From Rhodospirillales bacterium (lineage in GTDB: Bacteria; Pseudomonadota; Alphaproteobacteria; ATCC43930; CGMCC-115725), in contig DAHUYF010000153.1 of NCBI GenBank assembly GCA_027315365.1, positions 516 through 64,515 of the forward strand: a stretch of DNA of 64,000 nucleotides. The letters are read 5' to 3'. The notes under the pieces were generated by a model. The model was given only the letters and a program-made list of their open reading frames with translations, was not told where the DNA came from and made no database searches. This document shows, in pieces, positions 44,478 to 54,315 of this stretch (positions within the stretch are counted from its first letter, which is position 1; each line of letters begins with the position of its first letter). The translations under genes were made by a program, and so were the position numbers.

Positions 44478-44999
44478 ATGCCGCCGCGGCAGCGTGCACC
44501 TGGAACGAGGTCCAAGAGCGTGACCCTGAGCATCGCCATAACCCTCGCGCTGCGCTACCTGCTGGTGATTCCGTTCCTGCCCTTCAGCGCGCTCGACAAG
44601 ATCATCAATTTCAGGGGCGCGGTGAACCAGGCGAAGGAGCGGATGGCTAATGACAGTGCGGCGACGGCGCTCATTCTGGCGGGGCTCTCGGTCGAGATCC
44701 TGATGCCGCTGGGCATCCTGACCGGCTTTGTCGATCGGCTCGCCGCCTTGATCATGGCCGGCTATTGCATGGTCACCGCGCTGTTGTGGAAGCGATTCTG
44801 GGCACAAGGCGATTTCTGGCGCGCAGGCCACAGCCGGGGGCGCGACCTCTTCTGGGACTTCCTCAAGAACTTCTCGCTGGCAGGGGGATTCCTGCTGATC
44901 ACCTTGGGCACCACGGCCGGCGCGGTCGGCGGCTTCCTCGCGCACCCGCTCGCCTCCTCGCATCCCTATGCTCTGGGACAAGGCCCGACCGAGCCATGA
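44478..44999 (+). CDS. DoxX-family membrane protein
   Basis: Four hydrophobic helices with DoxX-like segments (LRYLLVIPFLPFSALDKI, WDFLKNFSLAGGFLLI). Alternative GTG start at 44520. Confidence 0.75.
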   Translation: MPPRQRAPGTRSKSVTLSIAITLALRYLLVIPFLPFSALDKIINFRGAVNQAKERMANDSAATALILAGLSVEILMPLGILTGFVDRLAALIMAGYCMVTALLWKRFWAQGDFWRAGHSRGRDLFWDFLKNFSLAGGFLLITLGTTAGAVGGFLAHPLASSHPYALGQGPTEP

Positions 45000-45445
45000 G
45001 CCCGCAGGAAAAGCCGGCGATCGCCTATTGGCATCTCTGGACCGACGCGCAGGGGATCAGCCACCAGAGCCGCTGCGCCATGACCGAGTTCGAGCTGAAA
45101 TCCATGAAGCCGCCCGCCAGCCCGCAATGGCAGGGCCGCAAGACCCACGCGGAGATGACGGTCATGGTCACGGTGCAGCCGGTCGGCTGGATGGGCATGT
45201 GGCACGAGAACCCGAAGCCGCAATGGATCATCCCGCTCTCCGGCCGCTGGTTCGTAGAATCGATGGACGGGCAGCGCGTCGAGATGGGCCCGGGCGAGGT
45301 CTCGTTCGGCGCCGACCAGAATACGATCGAGAGCGACGGCAGGAAGGGGCATCGCTCCGGCACGGTGGGCGACGAGCCGGCGGTGCTGATGGTGGTCCAG
45401 TTCGACACGCCGCCGGCAGCGGCAGCGCCCTGCCCCTTTTGCTGA
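44996..45445 (+). CDS. Cupin-domain protein
   Basis: 149 aa, beta-rich (WHENPKPQWIIPLSGRWFVESMDGQRVEMGPGEV). ATG 44996 overlaps the doxX stop (ATGA). The family call is from memory. Confidence 0.65.
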   Translation: MSPQEKPAIAYWHLWTDAQGISHQSRCAMTEFELKSMKPPASPQWQGRKTHAEMTVMVTVQPVGWMGMWHENPKPQWIIPLSGRWFVESMDGQRVEMGPGEVSFGADQNTIESDGRKGHRSGTVGDEPAVLMVVQFDTPPAAAAPCPFC

Positions 45446-45472
45446 GCGAGCGGGGTGGGCGCGGAGGACACG

Positions 45473-46378
45473 ATGGAGAGGTTCGAGATCAGCGACCGGC
45501 GCTTTGCCCATTATGTTCTCGCCAACGCGCCGCTCGAGGAACTCGCCACCGGCTTCCGCTGGATCGAGGGACCGGTCTGGATGGGCGATTGGAATTGCCT
45601 CCTGTTCCAGGACCTGCCGCGCAACCGCACCATGCGCTGGAGTGAAGCGGCCGGCATCAGCGTCTATCGCGCGCCCTCGAACTACGCCAACGGCCAAGCG
45701 CGCGACCGGCAGGGCCGGCTCATCGCCTGCTCGCACCAGGCGCGCTGCCTCTATCGCACCGAGTTCGACGGCGAGGTCCGGACGCTGGTCACCCAACACG
45801 AGGGCAAGCGGCTCAACGCGCCCAACGATGTCGTGGTTAAGTCGGACGGCACGATCTGGTTCTCCGACCCGCTCTACGGAATCTCGACCGATTACGAAGG
45901 CGGCCGGCAGATCTCCGAGCAGCCGCCGGCACTCTACCGCTTCGACCCCGAGAGCAACGACATCCGGGTGATGGCCGGCGACTTCGATGGACCCAACGGC
46001 CTCGCCTTCTCGCCGGACGAGCGCCGCCTCTACGTCGCCGAGACCGGCGACCAGACGAGCGACACCCCGCGCCAATACATCCGGGTCTTCGACGTCTCGC
46101 CGGACGGCAGGCGGCTCTCCGGCGGCGACGTCTTCCACAAAGTCGAGCCCGGCTATTGCGATGGCCTGTGCGTGGACGAGGAGGGCAATCTCTGGAGCAG
46201 CGCCGGCGATGGCGTGCATTGCATCGATCCCGGGGGCAGGCTGCTGGGCAAGGTGCTGGTGCCGCGCACCGTCGCCAACCTCGCCTTTGGCGGCCGCAAG
46301 AAGAACCGATTGTTCATCGCGGGATCGCAGACGCTTTACGCCATCTTCCTCAACCGGCGCGGCGCGCAATGGCCGTGA
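45473..46378 (+). CDS. SMP-30/gluconolactonase/LRE-family lactonase
   Basis: EGPVWMGDWNCLLFQD, NDVVVKSDGTIWFSDP and PNGLAFSPDERRLYVAE beta-propeller motifs. Start at MERFEISD. Confidence 0.85.
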   Translation: MERFEISDRRFAHYVLANAPLEELATGFRWIEGPVWMGDWNCLLFQDLPRNRTMRWSEAAGISVYRAPSNYANGQARDRQGRLIACSHQARCLYRTEFDGEVRTLVTQHEGKRLNAPNDVVVKSDGTIWFSDPLYGISTDYEGGRQISEQPPALYRFDPESNDIRVMAGDFDGPNGLAFSPDERRLYVAETGDQTSDTPRQYIRVFDVSPDGRRLSGGDVFHKVEPGYCDGLCVDEEGNLWSSAGDGVHCIDPGGRLLGKVLVPRTVANLAFGGRKKNRLFIAGSQTLYAIFLNRRGAQWP

Positions 46379-47292
46379 CGCCGCGGATCCTTCGCGTCAG
46401 CCTCACCACAGCGGAGCCAGAGCGGCTCGCGGCGTTCTATGTAGACGCCCTCGGCTTCACGCAGGTTGCCGTCGAGGAGCGCAGCGGAGCCGCCTTTTCT
46501 CGGCTGATGGGCATCGACGCGGCGCGGGCGCGAGCCGCCACGCTTCGGCTGGGCCGCCAGGAGGTTGAACTCCTCGCCTTCGCCGGGCCCGGCGCGCCCT
46601 ATCCCTCCGACAGCGCCAGCAGCGATCTCCGCTTCCAGCACCTGGCGATCGTGGTGCGGGACATGAGGTCCGCCTATGCCCGGCTCGCGGCAAGCCGCGG
46701 CTGGACGCCGATCACCCGCCCGGAGCCGCAGCAGCTTCCCGCAAGGTCCGGCGGCGTGCTCGCCTTCAAATTTCGCGATCCCGAAGGACATCCGCTGGAG
46801 TTGCTCGAGTTTCCGCGCGACCGCACGCCGGCCGCCTGGCGAACGGCGGACGCCGCCGACCCCTGCCTCGGCGTCGATCATTCGGCGATCACCGTCGCCG
46901 ACTCTGCGCGCAGCGTCGACTTCTATCGTCGGCTGTTCGGGTTTTCGGTCGCCGCGCGTTCGCTCAACCGTGGCCCGGAACAGGCGCGTCTGGATGGCGT
47001 GCCGGCCGCCGTCGTCGAGGTGACGGCGCTGGGCCATCCTGCGGCTGGCCCTCTCCATCTCGAACTGCTCTGCTATCGGCCGCCCGCCACGCAGCAGCGC
47101 CCGCAATTGAACAGCAGCGACATCGCGGCAACCCGCCTCGTGATCGAGGTCGATGATCTGCCGACGCTGGCGGAACGGATCGAGAGCGCGCCTGCGGATT
47201 TCGTCTCGCGCGGCGTCGTGGTGCAGGCTGACGGCCGCCCGGCGGCGCTGCTGCGCGACCCGGACGGGCATGCCTCGTACCTGCTGAGCTGA
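46369..47292 (+). CDS. Two-domain VOC (glyoxalase/bleomycin-resistance/dioxygenase) family protein
   Basis: Two tandem VOC modules (FQHLAIVV...DPEGHPLELLEF and VDHSAITV...DPDGHASYLL). Overlaps the lactonase gene by 10 nt. Confidence 0.75.
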   Translation: MAVTPRILRVSLTTAEPERLAAFYVDALGFTQVAVEERSGAAFSRLMGIDAARARAATLRLGRQEVELLAFAGPGAPYPSDSASSDLRFQHLAIVVRDMRSAYARLAASRGWTPITRPEPQQLPARSGGVLAFKFRDPEGHPLELLEFPRDRTPAAWRTADAADPCLGVDHSAITVADSARSVDFYRRLFGFSVAARSLNRGPEQARLDGVPAAVVEVTALGHPAAGPLHLELLCYRPPATQQRPQLNSSDIAATRLVIEVDDLPTLAERIESAPADFVSRGVVVQADGRPAALLRDPDGHASYLLS

Positions 47293-47374
47293 CGGCGCCC
47301 CGTGCCGCAAATCGAGGCGCCGCCGGACCGGAGCACGCGGCGGATGACGAAAACGTGTCAATGAACGTTTCGGG

Positions 47375-47399
47375 CGAACATATCTTCGCGGAGGACGTT
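47375..47399 (+). promoter_or_regulatory. Near-consensus EcfG-type promoter (CGAAC-N16-CGTT)
   Basis: CGAAC 47375-47379 (preceded by GG) and CGTT 47396-47399, ending 32 nt before the GTG/ATG-class start at 47432. One mismatch in the -35 element. Confidence 0.25.
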
Positions 47400-47431
47400 G
47401 ATAGCCTGCAACAACCCACAGGTCAGTCAGC

Positions 47432-48718
47432 GTGCAGGTCCGGGTGCGTGGAAGATTCGCGGTGCTGCTCGTTTTCGCGCTTTGGCTCCCGGGCTGCGTC
47501 AGCCTGCCGGCGGTCGACGGCGATGTCGCGCGCGCCCAGCAGCTGCCGCAGCCGCAGGGCGCGATCGAGCTCATGCGTCAGGAAGACACGCGCATCGCCG
47601 GATTTCCCTTCCTCCCCGGCAACTCCGTCCACCTGCTGGTGGACGGGCCGGCGAGCTACGTCGCGATGGAGCGGGCGATGCGCGCCGCGCGCCGCCGCAT
47701 CGACATCGAGAGCTACCTCTTCGACGGCCATATCGGAGAGACGATCGCCGATCTTCTCCTTGCCAAGCGGGCCGAAGGCGTCGAGGTCAATCTGATCTAC
47801 GATGCGATCGGCTCGTTCGAGACGCCCGCCGATGTCTTCGAGCGGCTGCGGCGTGGCGGCGTCAAGGTGCTGCAATACCATCCGGTGAGCGATGTCGGCG
47901 GCCTCAACGACCGCGACCATCGCAAGCTGCTGGTCGTCGATGCCAGCACCGTCATCGTCGGCGGCGTCAACATCAGTAATCTGTACTTCAACCAGCGCTC
48001 GCCGGTCGACCGCAGCAGCGCGCCGGAGAGCCTGCCCTGGCGGGATACCGATGTGCGCGTCGAAGGCCCCGTCGCCGCACAATTCGAGGCCATTTTCGAG
48101 CAGAATTGGCGGCAGCAGGGTGGCCCACCATTGCCGCCGCCGCCGGCGACGCCGGCGCGGCACGATGGCTCGGCGCTGATCGAAGCGGTGGAAGGACTGC
48201 CGGGCGAGCATGAGCCGCTGATCTATCGCAGCCTGCTGGTGGCGATCGGCCTCGCCCGCCACTCGGTGCATCTCACCACCGGCTTCTTCTCGCCCACCCC
48301 CGATTTCGCGGCGTTGCTCGAAAATACGGCGAAGCGGGGCGTCGACGTCGAGGTCGTCGTGCCCTCGCACAGCGAGAGCACGCTCACGATCGCCGCGGGT
48401 CGATCCTATTACGCCGAATTGTTGAAAGCCGGGGTCCACATCTTCGAGCGCGAGGGCGTCGTGCTGCACGCCAAGACCGCGGTGATCGACGGCGAATGGT
48501 CGATGGTCGGCTCCTCCAATCTCGACTGGCGCAGCGTGATCTACAACGCCGAGATCGACGCGGTGATCATCGACCGTCCTTTCGCCGGCGAGATGGAGGC
48601 CTTGTTCCGCAGCGACATCGTCCGGTCGCGCGAGATCGAGCCGGCCGGCTGGGCGAAGCGGGGCTTGGGAGAGCGCTTCGACGAGTGGATGGCCGACGCG
48701 CTGCAGTTTCTTCTCTGA
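47432..48718 (+). CDS. Phospholipase D / cardiolipin synthase-like protein with lipoprotein-type signal
   Basis: Two HKD motifs (HRKLLVVDASTVIVGGVNISN and LHAKTAVIDGEWSMVGSSNLD). N-terminus RFAVLLVFALWLPGC resembles a lipobox. Confidence 0.85.
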   Translation: MQVRVRGRFAVLLVFALWLPGCVSLPAVDGDVARAQQLPQPQGAIELMRQEDTRIAGFPFLPGNSVHLLVDGPASYVAMERAMRAARRRIDIESYLFDGHIGETIADLLLAKRAEGVEVNLIYDAIGSFETPADVFERLRRGGVKVLQYHPVSDVGGLNDRDHRKLLVVDASTVIVGGVNISNLYFNQRSPVDRSSAPESLPWRDTDVRVEGPVAAQFEAIFEQNWRQQGGPPLPPPPATPARHDGSALIEAVEGLPGEHEPLIYRSLLVAIGLARHSVHLTTGFFSPTPDFAALLENTAKRGVDVEVVVPSHSESTLTIAAGRSYYAELLKAGVHIFEREGVVLHAKTAVIDGEWSMVGSSNLDWRSVIYNAEIDAVIIDRPFAGEMEALFRSDIVRSREIEPAGWAKRGLGERFDEWMADALQFLL

Positions 48719-48840
48719 GCGGCGCCCATCGGGCCGCGCTCATACCCCGCCGATGCCGTAGCTCGCCAATTGACAGGCCGGGCGCCCGGCCGCTTAGCTG
48801 GCGCGGCGCCGTGCCTTCCGTGCCAGGAGTCAGGAGCCTA

Positions 48841-50538
48841 ATGAGCGATCCGATCGGGCTTGCCCGGGGTCTCACCAATTACGGCGATCGCGACTTCGCC
48901 CTCTATCTGCGCCGCTCCTTCGCCAAATCCATGGGCTATTCGCCAGCCATGCTGGCGAAGCCGGTGATCGGCATCGCCAACACGGCGAGCGGCTTCAACA
49001 ATTGCCACCGGCTGGTGCCGGAGCTGGTCGAGGCGGTGAAGCGCGGCGTGCTGGCGGCCGGCGCGCTGCCGCTCGACTTCCCGACAATCTCGCTGGGCGA
49101 AGTGTTCCTCAATCCGACGAGCCTGATGTTCCGCAACCTGATGGCGATGGACACCGAGGAGATGATCCGTGCCCAGCCGATGGATGCGGTCGTGCTGGTC
49201 GGCGGCTGCGACAAGACCGTGCCGGCGCAGCTGATGGGCGCCGCCTCGGCCAATCTGCCGGCGATCCAGCTGGTCACGGGACCGATGATGACCGGACCCT
49301 GGCGCGGCGAGCGGCTCGGCGCCTGCACCGATTGCCGGCGCTTCTGGGCGCGCTTCCGCGCCGGCGAGGTGAGCCGGCAGGACATCGACGAGGTCGAAGG
49401 CAGCCTCGCCACCACCGCCGGCACCTGCGCCGTCATGGGCACCGCGAGCACCATGGCGTCGATCGCCGAGGCGCTCGGCATGATGCTGCCCGGCACCGCG
49501 GCGATCCCCGCCGTCCATGCCGACCGGCTGCGCGCGGCCGAGGCGACCGGCGGCGCGGCGGTGGCGTTGGCGCAGCGCAAGCTTGCTCCCGACCGCATCA
49601 TCACCGCGCGATCGGTGGAGAACGCGCTGCGCGTGCTGCTGGCGATCGGCGGCTCGACCAATGCGCTGCTGCATCTCACCGCCATCGCGGGCCGGGTCGG
49701 CATCGACATTCCGCTCACCACGCTCAACGCGCTCAGCGACGCGACACCGGTGCTGGTCGACCTCAAGCCGACCGGGCCGCATTACATGGAGGACCTCTTC
49801 GCCGCGGGCGGCATCGGCGCGGTGCTGCGCGAGCTGAAGCCGCTGCTCCATCTCGACTGCGTCACCGTCACCGGCGAGAGCCTGGGCGACCGCCTTGGCC
49901 AGGGCGACGGCATCTTCGTCGACCGCAAGGTGATCCGCCCGCTGCGCGAGCCGCTGCAGCCGCAAGGCGGCCTCGTCGCGCTGTTCGGCTCGCTGGCGCC
50001 GGGCGGCGCCATCCTCAAGCGCTCGGCCGCCGATGCCGCGCTGTTCGAGCGCCAGGGCCGCGCCGTAGTGTTCAGCTCGCTCGAGGATCTCGCGGCACGC
50101 ATCGACGATCCCGCGCTCGACGTCGCGCCCGAGGATTTCCTGGTGCTGCAGAACGCCGGCCCGACCAGCCCGTCGGCCATGCCCGAGGCCGGATACCTGC
50201 CGATCCCGGGCAAGCTGGCCCGCGCCGGCGTCAAGGACATGGTGCGCATCTCCGACGCGCGCATGAGCGGCACCGCCTATGGCACGGTGGTGCTGCACGT
50301 GACCCCGGACGCGGCCAGCGGCGGTCCGCTCGCCAGGCTGCGCAGCGGCGATCTCCTCCGCCTCTCCGTGAAGGAGCGGCGGATCGACATCATGGTCGAG
50401 CCCGCAGAACTCGCGCGCCGCCCGGTGCCGACGCCCCGCGCGCCGGTACGCGGCTACGCGCGGCTCTATCACGAGCAGATCCTGCAGGCCGATCGCGGCT
50501 GTGACTTCGCCTTCCTGCGCGCGGTGCCCGAACGCTGA
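48841..50538 (+). CDS. IlvD/Edd-family dehydratase (sugar-acid dehydratase type)
   Basis: VLVGGCDKTVPA and GTCAVMGTASTM Fe-S/active-site motifs; C-terminal SDARMSGTAYG. Start at MSDPIGLARG (ATG 48841). Confidence 0.9.
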   Translation: MSDPIGLARGLTNYGDRDFALYLRRSFAKSMGYSPAMLAKPVIGIANTASGFNNCHRLVPELVEAVKRGVLAAGALPLDFPTISLGEVFLNPTSLMFRNLMAMDTEEMIRAQPMDAVVLVGGCDKTVPAQLMGAASANLPAIQLVTGPMMTGPWRGERLGACTDCRRFWARFRAGEVSRQDIDEVEGSLATTAGTCAVMGTASTMASIAEALGMMLPGTAAIPAVHADRLRAAEATGGAAVALAQRKLAPDRIITARSVENALRVLLAIGGSTNALLHLTAIAGRVGIDIPLTTLNALSDATPVLVDLKPTGPHYMEDLFAAGGIGAVLRELKPLLHLDCVTVTGESLGDRLGQGDGIFVDRKVIRPLREPLQPQGGLVALFGSLAPGGAILKRSAADAALFERQGRAVVFSSLEDLAARIDDPALDVAPEDFLVLQNAGPTSPSAMPEAGYLPIPGKLARAGVKDMVRISDARMSGTAYGTVVLHVTPDAASGGPLARLRSGDLLRLSVKERRIDIMVEPAELARRPVPTPRAPVRGYARLYHEQILQADRGCDFAFLRAVPER

Positions 50539-50614
50539 CCCGCGGCGCTCCCGCCGACCGCCACAACCGCCAAGGCGACGCCGCGGCCGATCCGCCGCCC
50601 GCGCGAGGTAACCG

Positions 50615-52387
50615 ATGCCCTTCCTCTACACGCTTGTCACCCTCCTCGCCGCTGCGGTCATCGCCGTGCCGCTGGCCAAGCGCCTCGGCCTCGGCAGCGT
50701 ACTGGGATATCTCGCGGCGGGGCTGGTCATCGGCCCCGCCGGGCTCGGGCTCATCAGCGACGTCGAGAGCCTCGGCGAGGTTTCCGAACTCGGCATCGTC
50801 ATGCTGCTCTTCCTCATCGGGTTGGAGCTCAGGCCGCAGCGGCTCTGGGTGATGCGCCGCGCGGTGCTCGGGCTCGGCGCGGCGCAGGTGATCGTGACCG
50901 CCGCGATCTTCTGCGCCGTCGCGCGGCTGTTCGGCCTGCCCTGGGCGGGAGCCGTGGTGCTGGGATTCAGCCTGGCGCTGTCTTCGACGGCGATCGTGCT
51001 GCCGATGCTGGCCGAGCGCGAACTGCTGACCAGCCAGGCCGGCCGCGACGGCTTCGCCGTGCTGCTGTTCCAGGACATCGCGGTCATTCCGATGGTGGCG
51101 CTGCTGCCGCTGCTCGACGGTGATCTCGGCACGGTGACCGGCCATAGCGCCTGGGTCGCCATCCTGCGCGCCGCAGGCGCGCTCTTCATCGTGCTGATCG
51201 GCGGCCGCTACCTGATCCGGCCGATCTTCCGCCTCGTCGAGAGCGCCAAGACGCCCGAGATCTTCACCGCGACCGCGCTGGTGATCGTCGGCGGCACCGC
51301 GGCGCTGGTCAGCACCGTCGGGCTTTCGATGTCGCTCGGCGCCTTCATGGCCGGCGTGCTGCTGTCCGAATCCGAGTATCGCCACGAGCTGCAGGCCGAT
51401 ATCGAGCCGTTCGAGGGGCTGCTGCTCGGCGTATTCTTCATCTCGGTCGGCATGTCGACCAATCTCGACCTGCTCGTCGCATCGCCGGGCTTCGTGCTGG
51501 CGGCGGTGGTCGGGCTGCTGGCGGTCAAGGCGGCGATCGGCTTCGCCCTGGGGCGGCTCGCCGGGCAGGACACGCTCAACGCGGCGCGCTTCGCCGCGGC
51601 GCTGCCGCAGGCCGGCGAGTTCGGCTTCGTGCTGTTCACCGCCGCGCTCGCCGAAGGGCTGCTGGCGCCGGCGCAGGCCGATCTCGCCATGCTCATCGTT
51701 ACGCTGTCGATGGTCGCCTCGCCAATGCTCTTCGCCCTCGAAGAGCGCTTCCTGGCGCCGATCCTGGAGAAGGCGCCGCCGCGCGCCTTCGACCCCATCG
51801 ACGGACCCGCGCCGGCGGTGATCATCTGCGGCTTCGGCCGCGTCGGCCAGGTGATCGGCCGCGTCCTGCGCCTCGAGAAGATCGCCTTCACCGCCCTCGA
51901 CGCGAACGGCGAACAGATCGACATGGTGCGGCGCTACGGCACCAAGGCCTATTTCGGCGACCCGACGCGGCTCGACGTGCTGCGCTCCGCCGGCGCGGCG
52001 GAGGCCAAGCTGCTGGTGGTGTCGCTCGACGGCATTGCGGAATCGCTGAAGGTGGTCGAGCACGCCAAGCGGCACTTTCCCAATCTCGTCATCATGGCGC
52101 GCGCGCGCAACCGGCGCCACGCGCATCTGCTGATGGATCAGGGCGTCACGCATATCGTGCGGGAGACCTTCTATTCGAGCCTGCAGCTCACCGAGCAGGT
52201 GCTGCTGGAGCTTGGCATGGAAGCCGAGGAGGCGGAGCGCACCATCCGCCTCTTCCGCGAGCATGACGAGCGCGTGCTGATCGACCAGCACGGCTTCTAC
52301 ACCGACGAGAAGCAGATGATCCAGACCACCAAGCAGGCGATGATCGAGCTGCGCGGCCTGCTCGAAGCGGACCGGGCCGAGCAGTGA
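50615..52387 (+). CDS. CPA2-family cation:proton antiporter with RCK/TrkA-N domain (KefB/KefC-like)
   Basis: N-terminal polytopic exchanger domain. C-terminal Rossmann motif VIICGFGRVGQVIGRVL. Confidence 0.9.
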   Translation: MPFLYTLVTLLAAAVIAVPLAKRLGLGSVLGYLAAGLVIGPAGLGLISDVESLGEVSELGIVMLLFLIGLELRPQRLWVMRRAVLGLGAAQVIVTAAIFCAVARLFGLPWAGAVVLGFSLALSSTAIVLPMLAERELLTSQAGRDGFAVLLFQDIAVIPMVALLPLLDGDLGTVTGHSAWVAILRAAGALFIVLIGGRYLIRPIFRLVESAKTPEIFTATALVIVGGTAALVSTVGLSMSLGAFMAGVLLSESEYRHELQADIEPFEGLLLGVFFISVGMSTNLDLLVASPGFVLAAVVGLLAVKAAIGFALGRLAGQDTLNAARFAAALPQAGEFGFVLFTAALAEGLLAPAQADLAMLIVTLSMVASPMLFALEERFLAPILEKAPPRAFDPIDGPAPAVIICGFGRVGQVIGRVLRLEKIAFTALDANGEQIDMVRRYGTKAYFGDPTRLDVLRSAGAAEAKLLVVSLDGIAESLKVVEHAKRHFPNLVIMARARNRRHAHLLMDQGVTHIVRETFYSSLQLTEQVLLELGMEAEEAERTIRLFREHDERVLIDQHGFYTDEKQMIQTTKQAMIELRGLLEADRAEQ

Positions 52388-52457
52388 TCGTCGGCGCCGG
52401 TATTGTCGCACCTGCGCCGGCTCGCCATAAGCGTCGAAGCAGCAATCGGAGACAGCC

Positions 52458-52841
52458 ATGAAGACCTACAATCCGAACACCGTCGCGGCACCCGCCGGCC
52501 CCTACAGCCACGGCGTCGAGATCCCGGCAACCGCCCGCGTCCTCCACCTTTCGGGCCAGATCGGCATAGCGCAGGACGGCAGCCTGCCGGCGGATGTCGA
52601 GAGCCAGGCCGACCAGTGCTGGAAGAACATCAAGGCACTCCTCGCCGCCGCCGGGATGGGCGTCGAGGATCTGGTGAAGTGCACGCATTTCCTCACCCGC
52701 CCGGAGCATGTGGCCGCCTATGGCAAGGTGCGCGCGCGCCATCTCGGCGAGGCGCGGCCGGCTTCGACGCTGCTGGTCATCAGCGCGCTGGCACGGCCGG
52801 ACATGCTGGTCGAGGTCGAGGCGATCGCCGCCAAGGCCTGA
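52458..52841 (+). CDS. RidA-family enamine/imine deaminase (YjgF/L-PSP)
   Basis: 127 aa. APAGPYSHGV...SGQIG...A.TLLVISALARPDMLVEVEAIA is typical of RidA/YjgF. Confidence 0.9.
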   Translation: MKTYNPNTVAAPAGPYSHGVEIPATARVLHLSGQIGIAQDGSLPADVESQADQCWKNIKALLAAAGMGVEDLVKCTHFLTRPEHVAAYGKVRARHLGEARPASTLLVISALARPDMLVEVEAIAAKA

Positions 52842-52845
52842 ACCC

Positions 52846-54315
52846 GTGGCGCGCTACGACCTGGTGCTGCGCGGCGGGCAGGTGATCGACGGCACCGGCG
52901 CGCCGGCGGCCACCGCCGATGTCGCGATCGCGGGCGACCGCATCGCCGCCATCGGCCGGCTGCCGGCGGAAAGCGGCGGCGCGGAGATCGATGTCGACGG
53001 CCTCGCCGTGGCGCCCGGCTTCATCGATGTCCACACCCATGACGACCGCGCCCTGCTGTCGCGGCCCGACATGGCGCCCAAGGTGAGCCAGGGCGTCACC
53101 ACCGTGATCGCCGGCAATTGCGGCGTCAGCCTGGCGCCGATGCTGGCGGGAAGGCCGCTGCCGCCGCCGCTCGACCTCATTGGCAGCGCCGAGCATTTCC
53201 GCTTCCGCCGCTTCGCCGATTATGTCGCGGCGCTCGACGCCGCTCCGGCCGCCACCAACGCGGCGCTGCTGGTCGGACATTCCACCTTGCGCGCCAATGC
53301 CATGGACCGGCTCGACCGGTCGGCGAGCGAGCGCGAGATCGAGGCGATGCGCGAGCGACTCGCCGAGGCGCTCGAGGCGGGCGCGATCGGGCTGTCGAGC
53401 GGCCTGTGGTACGCGCCCGCCGCCGCGGCACCGCCTGCCGAGCTGGAAACGCTGGCAAAGACACTCCATCCTGCCGGCGCGATCTACGCGACGCATATGC
53501 GCGATGAGGGCGCCCATGTGCTCGACAGCCTCGACGAGACTTTCGACGTCGGACGCGTCGCCGAAGTGCCGGTGGTGATCTCGCACCACAAGGTGGCGGG
53601 GAAGCACAATTTCGGCCTGACGCGTCGGACGCTGCCCAGGATCGAAGCGGCGATGGCAACGCAGGAGATCGGCCTCGATGCCTATCCCTATATCGCCTCC
53701 TCGACCGTGCTCCGAGAGGATTACATCGCCGTCTCGCTCAAGATCCTGGTCACCTGGTCGAAGCCCCATCCCGAGGCGGCCGGGCGCGAGCTCGCCGATC
53801 TCGCGCGGGACTGGGGGATGAGCCAGGAGGCGGCCTGCGCGCGCCTGCAGCCTGGCGGCGCCATCTATTTCACCATGGACGAGGCGGACGTGCGGCGCGT
53901 GCTCGCCTTCGAGCACACCATGATCGGCTCGGACGGGCTGCCGCATGACAGCCATCCGCATCCGCGACTCTGGGGCACGTTCGCGCGCGTGCTCGGATAT
54001 TACAGCCGCGAGGAGAAGCTCTTTGCGCTGGAGGAGGCGGTGCGGCGCATGACCGGCCTGCCGGCGCGGCGCTTCGGCCTGACCGGCCGCGGCCTTCTCG
54101 CGCCCGGCGCCTATGCCGATGTGACGGTGTTCGACCCGGCGAGGATCATCGACCGCGCCACCTTCGCCGATCCCACCATGCCCGCCGCCGGCATCCATCT
54201 CGTGCTGGTGAACGGCCAGCCGGCGTGGCGCGACGGCGCCGCCACCGGCGCGCGCCCCGGCCGCGCTCTCCGGCGCCAGCAGATGCAACAAGAGGCCAGG
54301 CGCAGCGGCAGTTGA
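52846..54315 (+). CDS. D-aminoacylase (N-acyl-D-amino-acid deacylase), amidohydrolase superfamily
   Basis: YDLVLRGGQVIDGTG...GFIDVHTHDD metal-binding motif and VVISHHK. GTG start 5 nt after the ridA stop; the track ORF from 52708 is a run-on. Confidence 0.85.
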   Translation: MARYDLVLRGGQVIDGTGAPAATADVAIAGDRIAAIGRLPAESGGAEIDVDGLAVAPGFIDVHTHDDRALLSRPDMAPKVSQGVTTVIAGNCGVSLAPMLAGRPLPPPLDLIGSAEHFRFRRFADYVAALDAAPAATNAALLVGHSTLRANAMDRLDRSASEREIEAMRERLAEALEAGAIGLSSGLWYAPAAAAPPAELETLAKTLHPAGAIYATHMRDEGAHVLDSLDETFDVGRVAEVPVVISHHKVAGKHNFGLTRRTLPRIEAAMATQEIGLDAYPYIASSTVLREDYIAVSLKILVTWSKPHPEAAGRELADLARDWGMSQEAACARLQPGGAIYFTMDEADVRRVLAFEHTMIGSDGLPHDSHPHPRLWGTFARVLGYYSREEKLFALEEAVRRMTGLPARRFGLTGRGLLAPGAYADVTVFDPARIIDRATFADPTMPAAGIHLVLVNGQPAWRDGAATGARPGRALRRQQMQQEARRSGS

